A DNA stretch of 64,000 nucleotides from Candidatus Omnitrophota bacterium (lineage in GTDB: Bacteria; Omnitrophota; Gorgyraeia; Zapsychrales; JAKLDJ01), in NCBI GenBank assembly GCA_022703585.1, contig JAKLDJ010000002.1, forward strand, positions 27,413 to 91,412, read 5' to 3'. Below are positions 41,828 to 48,637 of the stretch, one piece after another. The position numbers and the translations under genes were made by a program. The notes below the pieces were generated by a model. The model was not told the DNA's origin and made no database searches. It saw nothing but the letters and a program-made list of their open reading frames with translations. Position 1 is the stretch's first letter. Each line of letters starts with the position of its first letter.

Positions 41828-43183
41828 TTAAGCGGAAGGCAAAATTACGCAATCGCGACCCGATGCCTTGGCAAGATAAAGCGCCTTGTCCGCTTCAGTA
41901 ATCAGGTCACGGAATTCTTTAATTTTGGGCGAGGGGTAACCGCTAACGCCAATACTAGCGGTAATTTTAGCGGGAGAACTCTTTGAGAATTTGAAAATCA
42001 AAGCAGAAATAAGGCGGCGGATTCTCTCGGCAGCAATCCTGGCATTTTCCGGCTTGGTAACGGTTAATATAACAAAGAATTCGTCTCCTCCATAGCGCCC
42101 GATAATATCCGACCGGCGCAAGCTGGTTTTAATCAGCATAGCAACGCGCTTCAAGATCTGGTCGCCCCGCTGATGGCCGAATTTGTCATTGACGACTTTA
42201 AAATAATCAATATCAAGCATCAGGCATGATAAATCAAGGTTATACCGTTTGGCCCGGATAAGCTCCTCTTCCAACCGTTTGGCGATGGCACGGCTGTTTA
42301 ATAACTTAGTGAGGCTGTCCTGCTGGGCGGCGGTTTTAAGGCGATGCTCCAACCGCTTTCTTTCCGTAATATCCTGAATCGTAACGATAACCCGCGAAAG
42401 TGTTTTTTGATAACTATCCGGGACCGAAACACGCAATAGGACATCGCAGATTCTTCCATCCAGAGTCCTACTTTTAAATTCGGATTCAAAAGACTGCGCG
42501 CCTCCGGCAAGGGCAGTAAACTCATTAACCAAAACCTTAACCGACCCCAGGGCGACTGTTTTTCCGAAATTCTTGATTAATTCGTGTTTACTTTTGGCGC
42601 CGTAAAGTACCAGGGCGGCTTTGTTAACATCCAATATTTTGATTCCCCGGAAGGCCCTCTTGACAAGATCGGGATGACGGGCAAGATGCTTCCGAATATC
42701 GCGCACCCCCAGACGCTCAAGCTGTTTAGTCAATCGCACAAAAACAGAAAAATCCTCTTCCCAAATAGCAATGGGAGAATGTTCGAATATCAGCTTAAAC
42801 CGCTGCTGCTCCTTTCTTACCTTCGAGACATCTTCAATGATACCGTCAAACCACCTCACCCGGCCCTTGCTGTCTTTTACGGCCGTCGCCGTGACATGGG
42901 CATAAAAAGGGCTGCCGTCTTTTTGTTTTAGAATAATCTCTTTTTGCCGGACAAAACCTTTTCTAAGAAGCGTCTGACTGAATTCCTTTCTCTGCTGGGA
43001 ATCCAGATACATATCGGCAGGACGAACTTCTCTTAAAAATCGAGCCTTATCCGTGTACCCCGCCATCTTAACCAAAGCCTCATTAGCCTCGAGAAATCGG
43101 CCCTGGGGACCGGGAGTATTGCGGTAAATCCCGACATTCACGTTGTTAAAAATCGACTTATCGATATCTTTGAGAATTGTCAT
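41828..43183 (-). CDS. PAS-PAS-GGDEF diguanylate cyclase
   Basis: 451 aa with two PAS-like regions followed by a GGDEF domain with an intact RYGGDEF A-site. Confidence 0.8.
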   Translation of the reverse strand: MTILKDIDKSIFNNVNVGIYRNTPGPQGRFLEANEALVKMAGYTDKARFLREVRPADMYLDSQQRKEFSQTLLRKGFVRQKEIILKQKDGSPFYAHVTATAVKDSKGRVRWFDGIIEDVSKVRKEQQRFKLIFEHSPIAIWEEDFSVFVRLTKQLERLGVRDIRKHLARHPDLVKRAFRGIKILDVNKAALVLYGAKSKHELIKNFGKTVALGSVKVLVNEFTALAGGAQSFESEFKSRTLDGRICDVLLRVSVPDSYQKTLSRVIVTIQDITERKRLEHRLKTAAQQDSLTKLLNSRAIAKRLEEELIRAKRYNLDLSCLMLDIDYFKVVNDKFGHQRGDQILKRVAMLIKTSLRRSDIIGRYGGDEFFVILTVTKPENARIAAERIRRLISALIFKFSKSSPAKITASIGVSGYPSPKIKEFRDLITEADKALYLAKASGRDCVILPSA

Positions 43184-43282
43184 TTTGAAACATGCGCCAT
43201 TTCTACGGTTAAAAATTCCACCCTTTTACAATTTTACCATCATAAAGCAATACAATACCATAAATTTAAGATTTGTTGGCCG

Positions 43283-44950
43283 CTACCCCTTGATTTTTTG
43301 CACTTTCAATAAATACTTTCCTCCGATTTCATCGATTTTTTCCACCAAAAATTGCCCCGCGGTCAAACGCTCGATATCTCTCTTATTCGATTCCTTCACA
43401 ATACAGTAAGTCACAGACTGACTGCTCAAAAAATCTCTGACCTTGGAATCATCACTTAAAAAGGGTATGGGATGCGGACTAAAAAATCCGCTGCCGTTTA
43501 TATCGATAACCGCGGTTTTCCGGTCTGTGTAAAACCGTACCCCCCGCACGTAAAATTTCGAACACAGAAGGGCTGAGTCCGAACTATCGACTTTCTTTAA
43601 CGCATCGCATATTAACTTACAGGAAACCCACGGCTCAGCATTGTGGTAGCCCGTGCTTGCGCTCACCAAGACAACGGCAATGATACAGGCGGTTGCCCCT
43701 GCCGCGGCGGTTAGCTTACGCTGTTGATTAAAGAAAACGATAGCCGCAGCACACGCTAACGCCAACCCCATAAAGACATAAACTGTTTTCATGTCTCCGA
43801 TAAATTCGGCATACCGCTGTCCGACAATAATTGAGGCCGCAGACGCGATTGCCAAAAATGCAGCCATGATATAAAAAAATATTCTCGCCATTTTCTCGAG
43901 CAAAAGCTCGCCCCCGCTAATAACGCGATCAAAATAATAGCCGATAATAATCGCAATAGCCGGAAAAACCGGAAAGACATAACTGGCTAATTTTGATTGG
44001 GCAATCTGGACAACAGCAAAGACAACCGCGATAAGAAACAGCAAGAAAGCCATCTGGTCTTTGTGAGGATTCGAGCGTCTTAGATTTCGCAAAGACAGAT
44101 AGCCGGCGGGTAAGATAAATAGGCTCCAGGGAAAGATCCCACCGATAACGGTCATCAAATAAAAATACCAGGTCTTGCTCTTTAAATGTTCCGCCTCAAA
44201 GATCCGTCGCAGATGCACATTATTCCAGTATTCCGAGATAAAGACACTGCCGTACCATTTCACCATCAGAATATGCCAGGGCAGGTTGATAGCCAGAAAA
44301 ACAAGAAATCCGATAACAGTCACTCCATTTTTTAAGAACGCTAAATCTTTTTTGTATAACAGATAGCCGAAAATAACTCCCGCCGGAAATATAAAGCCCA
44401 GGAGCCCCTTAGTCAGCACCGCCACGCCCGAAAGGATAAAACACATTAAAATTCCTAAGGTTTTGCGCCGCGCATCCGTATAGCCGTAATAAAAAAAACA
44501 CAACGCCAAAACCACCCATATCGAGAACACCATATCGGTTAAGACCGCCCGCGAAAGCGCCAGATAAATAACGCTCGTCATCAAGACCGTCGCCGATAAA
44601 AATGCCGTCCGCTTGCTGTTAAAAAGCATCATCGCCAGCCAATACGTCGCAAGGACTCCGACCATCCCAAAAAGGGCGGGAACAAATCTTGCCGCAAACG
44701 CCGTCATCCCGAATACCTTAATAGCCAATATAAAGAGCCAGTAGGAAAAAATCGGCTTCTCAAACTGGGGCAAATCAAAAATGTAGGGCACCAGCCAACT
44801 TTTGTGCGTCATCATCTCTTTGGCCGTCTGGATGTAGAAGACCTCATCCGGATGAGTCAGGCTTATCATGCCATTACCGAGCATAAGAAAAAAATAGGCC
44901 ATTGCAATCAAAATAAAGATCAGCTGGCCGTGTTTTAACCTTTCAATCAT
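43283..44950 (-). CDS. Glycosyltransferase family 39 (ArnT/PMT-like, polyprenyl-phosphate sugar dependent)
   Basis: 555 aa polytopic protein. N-terminal region (LTHPDEVFYIQTAKEM, FDLPQFEKP, AARFVPALFGM) is typical of the ArnT/PMT GT-C fold. Confidence 0.7.
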   Translation of the reverse strand: MIERLKHGQLIFILIAMAYFFLMLGNGMISLTHPDEVFYIQTAKEMMTHKSWLVPYIFDLPQFEKPIFSYWLFILAIKVFGMTAFAARFVPALFGMVGVLATYWLAMMLFNSKRTAFLSATVLMTSVIYLALSRAVLTDMVFSIWVVLALCFFYYGYTDARRKTLGILMCFILSGVAVLTKGLLGFIFPAGVIFGYLLYKKDLAFLKNGVTVIGFLVFLAINLPWHILMVKWYGSVFISEYWNNVHLRRIFEAEHLKSKTWYFYLMTVIGGIFPWSLFILPAGYLSLRNLRRSNPHKDQMAFLLFLIAVVFAVVQIAQSKLASYVFPVFPAIAIIIGYYFDRVISGGELLLEKMARIFFYIMAAFLAIASAASIIVGQRYAEFIGDMKTVYVFMGLALACAAAIVFFNQQRKLTAAAGATACIIAVVLVSASTGYHNAEPWVSCKLICDALKKVDSSDSALLCSKFYVRGVRFYTDRKTAVIDINGSGFFSPHPIPFLSDDSKVRDFLSSQSVTYCIVKESNKRDIERLTAGQFLVEKIDEIGGKYLLKVQKIKG

Positions 44951-45668
44951 TCTCTCCTCCGCTTAACAACTCATTCACCGTAACAAGCTTAAATCCCCTC
45001 TCTTTTAATTTCTCCGCCAAAAGCGGAATAGTCGAGACCGTCTCCGAACGGTCCCCTCCTTCGGTCTTAAACACGCCGCCGCTGTCATGAAAAAGAAGGA
45101 TATCGCCGTTTTGAATATTCCTTAAAATATATTTTACAATATATTTATCGTCAAAGGTGACCCAATCTTTGGAATTCAAAGACCACAGGACAATATGATA
45201 GCCCATGGCCTTAATTTTTTCTTTTTCCCTTTTCGTAATCCAGGCCTTGGGAGGACGGTAATATTTTGTTATCTGGCCCGTCACCTGCCGGATCATAAAA
45301 TCGGTATACCTAAGTTCCTCTTCAAGCTCCTCGGTCGTATAATAAATAAGGGCGCCGTGAGTATAGCCGTGATTGCCGATTTCGTGCCCCTCTTGGGCAA
45401 CCCGCTTGGCTACGTCGGGGTATTCTGCCACATGATGGCCGATCATAAAGAATGTTGCCTTGATATCGGCTTTCTTTAGCTCATCAAGAATCTTGGGCGT
45501 CCAGACAGGCGAAGGCCCATCGTCAAAGGTCAGGGCAACCTTTTTCTCATTCGTTTTAACACGGTAGATCGTCTCTTTTCGGGTAAGAATTGCCTGGTCA
45601 AAGAAAACACAAAAACAAGCAATAATAAAGACGGCAAGAATGGCTGAGCTGATAAGAATTGCGATCAT
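44943..45668 (-). CDS. Polysaccharide deacetylase (NodB homology domain)
   Basis: 241 aa with an N-terminal TM helix. Carries the NodB motifs TFDDGP and HEIGNHGYTH. Overlaps the GT39 gene by 8 nt. Confidence 0.8.
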   Translation of the reverse strand: MIAILISSAILAVFIIACFCVFFDQAILTRKETIYRVKTNEKKVALTFDDGPSPVWTPKILDELKKADIKATFFMIGHHVAEYPDVAKRVAQEGHEIGNHGYTHGALIYYTTEELEEELRYTDFMIRQVTGQITKYYRPPKAWITKREKEKIKAMGYHIVLWSLNSKDWVTFDDKYIVKYILRNIQNGDILLFHDSGGVFKTEGGDRSETVSTIPLLAEKLKERGFKLVTVNELLSGGEND

Positions 45669-45677
45669 GATAAAATT

Positions 45678-46289
45678 TTATGCCTCCGCGATAGCCGAAA
45701 GTTCTTTTAAGATGCTTTTAAAAATCCTGAAATCATCCAGAAGAACGCTGATTTTATTGCCGTCATATGTCGCAACAGCCGGATGGTAAAGCGCCACAAT
45801 TCTTTTGGAACCAAAGGCAGTTTCGGCTTCAAACACTTTACCATGAACTTCGCTGATATTCCGTAAAGGGAGCCCAAATTTTTCAAATATATAGGTAGTG
45901 GCAAATTTTCCTAAGGTAGCGATGATTTTGGGATCAACCGTTTTAATCTGAATATCCAGACTGCCAACGCAGGCATGGATCTCGTCGCTTAAGGGATTGC
46001 GGTTTTCCGGCGGGCGGCATTTGAGGATATTACACAGATAGATTTCTTCACGGGTTAGATTAACCGAATCCAAAAGCCGGTCAAAAACTTCTCCGGCGCG
46101 GCCCACAAACGGTTTTCCCTGAAGGTCTTCATTGCGCCCCGGCGCTTCTCCGATAAACATAACCGCGGCCTGTGCCGATCCTTCGCCGGGTACAGTATGC
46201 GTGCGGGTTGTGTGCAGCCGGCAGCGTTTGCACCGGGCAATCTGTTTCCGTAACCGCTCGATTTTTGAAGATTTTTCCTGGTCGTCCAT
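45678..46289 (-). CDS. udg: Uracil-DNA glycosylase, family 4 (Fe-S type)
   Basis: 203 aa. CKRCRLH...GEGS...MFIGEAPG...GRAG are family-4 UDG signatures. Confidence 0.8.
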   Translation of the reverse strand: MDDQEKSSKIERLRKQIARCKRCRLHTTRTHTVPGEGSAQAAVMFIGEAPGRNEDLQGKPFVGRAGEVFDRLLDSVNLTREEIYLCNILKCRPPENRNPLSDEIHACVGSLDIQIKTVDPKIIATLGKFATTYIFEKFGLPLRNISEVHGKVFEAETAFGSKRIVALYHPAVATYDGNKISVLLDDFRIFKSILKELSAIAEA

Positions 46290-46293
46290 GGCC

Positions 46294-47925
46294 CTAGGAT
46301 TTAAAAGTAATCAGGGACGGGTCGTATTCGTCGGGTTTCTCAAAACCCAGGAGATTAAGAAGCGTCGCCGCCACATTGGAAAGGCCGCGCTTCTCTAAAG
46401 AGGCCATCACATATTCTTGGCTATAACCGGAATCAACGATAGCAAACGGGACGGGATTAAGCGTGTGCGCCGTTTTAACAATTTTCTTACCGTCCTTGAC
46501 GGTAAACATCTCATCCGCATTGCCGTGATCGGCCGAAATAACGATAATGCCATTTAATTCGGTAACGACTTTTATCAACCGCTCGACGCAAATATCCACC
46601 GTCTTAACCGCAGTAATAATAGCCGATTCAACGCCAGTATGCCCGACCATATCGCCGTTGGCAAAATTAAGCCGGCCAAATTTGTATTTTCCGCTTTTTA
46701 AAAGCTCAGTTGTTTTGTCGGCAATCTCCAGTGCCTTCATTTTTGGCGCCTGGTCGAATCGGATCCGGTCGGAAGGGATCTCGAAATATTTCTCCAGCTT
46801 CTTGTCGACATAGCCGGATTTATTGCCGTTCCAAAAATAGGTGACGTGGCCGAATTTCTGTGTTTCGGAAATGGCAAAGGAAGCAATATTGTTGCCGCAA
46901 ACATATTCGCTGACGGTGTGGTCGATTTGCGGAGGACTGACTAAATAATTTTTAGGCAAAAGAAGATCGCCGTCATACTGCATCATCCCCGCGTAAAGGA
47001 CGTTGGGCGTGCGTTCGCGGTCAAACTCGGTAAAATCCTTTTCCTCGAAAGCCCGGGTTATTTCGATAGCCCGGTCCCCGCGGAAATTAAAAAACACAAC
47101 CGAGTCGCCGTCCTGGATCGTGCCGACAGGCTTATCATTTTCGGTGACCACAAAAGAATTTAAGTACTGGTCGGTAATTTGGGGGTCTTCTTTGTAATAG
47201 GCCTCAACAGCCTGCAGGGCAGAAGAAAAACTCCTTGCCTTCCCTAGAACATGCGCATCCCAACCGCGCTTGACCACCGTCCAATCGGCATTATAGCGGT
47301 CCATGGTCGTGACCATGCGCCCACCGCCTGAGGCAATCCGACAATCAACACCAAATTCTTTATTAACGCTGGATAGGAATTCTTCTGTTTTTTTAAGATA
47401 AATGGGGGATGATTTTTCCGGGACATCGCGGCCGTCCAAAAGGGCATGCACGCGCACCTTTCTTACACCTTCCTTGGCACATTGTTTGATGATAGCAAAG
47501 AGATGATCAATATGCGAGTGGACGTTACCGTCGGACAAAAGACCGATCAGATGGAAAGTGCGGTTATTTTTTTTAACACGAGAAGTAAGGTCAGCCCACA
47601 GCGGTGTTTGAAATATCTTGCCGGTTTCAATCGCATTGTTAACCAGTTTGGCCCCCTGCATAAAAACACGGCCTGCGCCTAAGGCATTATGGCCAACCTC
47701 GCTATTGCCCATATCCTCGTCACTGGGCATCCCCACAGCCTTACCATGAGCCTGAATAACCGTATAGAGACTGCTCTTCATCAGCCCGTTAAGACAAGGC
47801 GGCTGCGCCATGAAGACACCGTCAGAGGCATCGCGCTTGCCGATCCCGACTCCGTCCATAATGATAAACAATAGCGGCCCCTTACGGCCGGAGAATTCCT
47901 TAAGTTTCTTTAATTGAAACGGCAT
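46294..47925 (-). CDS. gpmI: 2,3-bisphosphoglycerate-independent phosphoglycerate mutase
   Basis: 543 aa alkaline-phosphatase-like iPGM (MDGVGIG, ADHGNAD). Confidence 0.9.
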   Translation of the reverse strand: MPFQLKKLKEFSGRKGPLLFIIMDGVGIGKRDASDGVFMAQPPCLNGLMKSSLYTVIQAHGKAVGMPSDEDMGNSEVGHNALGAGRVFMQGAKLVNNAIETGKIFQTPLWADLTSRVKKNNRTFHLIGLLSDGNVHSHIDHLFAIIKQCAKEGVRKVRVHALLDGRDVPEKSSPIYLKKTEEFLSSVNKEFGVDCRIASGGGRMVTTMDRYNADWTVVKRGWDAHVLGKARSFSSALQAVEAYYKEDPQITDQYLNSFVVTENDKPVGTIQDGDSVVFFNFRGDRAIEITRAFEEKDFTEFDRERTPNVLYAGMMQYDGDLLLPKNYLVSPPQIDHTVSEYVCGNNIASFAISETQKFGHVTYFWNGNKSGYVDKKLEKYFEIPSDRIRFDQAPKMKALEIADKTTELLKSGKYKFGRLNFANGDMVGHTGVESAIITAVKTVDICVERLIKVVTELNGIIVISADHGNADEMFTVKDGKKIVKTAHTLNPVPFAIVDSGYSQEYVMASLEKRGLSNVAATLLNLLGFEKPDEYDPSLITFKS

Positions 47926-47992
47926 AAAATCACCTTAAAAACCGGTTTATGGAGCCCCACGGACAAGCCCGGGGTTCTTTTCTATCTGTTCA

Positions 47993-48039
47993 CCCCGCCT
48001 ACTTCGTTTTGCTTCGCAAACCGAAGCAAAACGGCGGGG
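47993..48039 (-). other. Long bulged hairpin: outer stem CCCCGC/GCGGGG enclosing the 12-bp stem CGTTTTGCTTCG/CGAAGCAAAACG
   Basis: Read directly. Plus-strand 48005-48016 pairs with 48022-48033 (loop CAAAC), and the outer arms 47993-47998 and 48034-48039 pair across a 5-nt bulge. It lies within the 350-bp region between the small gene and gpmI. No T-tract follows on either strand. Confidence 0.5.
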
Positions 48040-48150
48040 TTATCCGCCCTAAAATAACGGGCTTGGCCGTGCGGGCGGAATCTCGCCGAAGCATAATTTC
48101 GCATTCATCAACGGATAAGCCCAGAGTCTCCTGCGAAGGCGGATAAACAA

Positions 48151-48175
48151 AAAATACGTATTTTGAATACGTATT
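48151..48175 (-). promoter_or_regulatory. Two tandem palindromes AAAATACGTATTTT and AATACGTATT (centres 13 bp apart): candidate operator
   Basis: Perfect 14-bp palindrome at 48151-48164 and perfect 10-bp palindrome at 48166-48175. Both share the half-site AAATAC/GTATTT with the inverted repeat in the promoter at 48490-48520. Confidence 0.45.
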
Positions 48176-48275
48176 TTAAGCGCAGTCCCTCTCCTTTGTG
48201 TTAACGGAAACAGGGCAAACAAGATGAACGGTTGGATTCCCTAAAGGATTAACGACGTGTTTTCCTTTAAACAGC

Positions 48276-48470
48276 TTACCTTCGGAGTTTCTTTTCCGGC
48301 ATGTTGTATTTTACCCACTCTGCCGAAAAGCGCTTTAGCCAATCGTTGGCGGCGTTTTCAAATCCGATATCGTGGCCTGCTTTTTCACTTTCAATCCAAA
48401 GATGCCGGTTAATTTCCTCCACCACTCTTTTGTCTTTCAACAATTCCTTCGAACCTGATTTGATGGCCAT
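48276..48470 (-). CDS. Small conserved-looking hypothetical protein (64 aa)
   Basis: The ATG at 48470 is preceded by AAGGAG at 6-nt spacing. The ORF-track start is a TTG two codons upstream. It has a canonical promoter. Protein: MAIKSGSKELLKDKRVVEEINRHLWIESEKAGHDIGFENAANDWLKRFSAEWVKYNMPEKKLRR. No family was recognised by eye. Confidence 0.5.
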   Translation of the reverse strand: MAIKSGSKELLKDKRVVEEINRHLWIESEKAGHDIGFENAANDWLKRFSAEWVKYNMPEKKLRR

Positions 48471-48489
48471 CGCCAACTCCTTTCGTTTA

Positions 48490-48526
48490 GGAAATACATT
48501 GTATCCTCAAGTGTATTTCCTGTCAA
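48490..48526 (-). promoter_or_regulatory. Consensus sigma-70 promoter TTGACA-17-TACAAT with an embedded 9-bp inverted repeat GGAAATACA-N13-TGTATTTCC
   Basis: Minus-sense TTGACA at 48526-48521, 17-nt spacer, TACAAT at 48503-48498. The inverted-repeat arms at 48512-48520 and 48490-48498 flank the spacer, and one arm overlaps the -10 element, in a classic operator-over-promoter geometry. Confidence 0.6.
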
Positions 48527-48637
48527 TATTTTTTAGTAAACCCTCCCCCTTAGCTAAAACCCTCGGTCCGAAAATAAGGTTTTATAAATTCATTTAATGA
48601 GAGCGGGAAAGATACGGAGCCCTGGGGCAGCAAGTCC

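Noticed and set aside
47940-48140. RNase P RNA-like fragments (GGGCTCCATA, GGCTTATCCG) on the minus strand upstream of gpmI
   Set aside because: The matches are short and in the wrong order relative to the P4 helix arrangement. The region is too short, and the conserved GGAAAGTCCGG and AGGGTGAAA elements are missing.
48301-48597. 98-aa plus-strand ORF overlapping the 64-aa gene and its promoter
   Set aside because: It is antisense to a gene with a perfect promoter/RBS. It has no RBS and an unremarkable hydrophobic composition.
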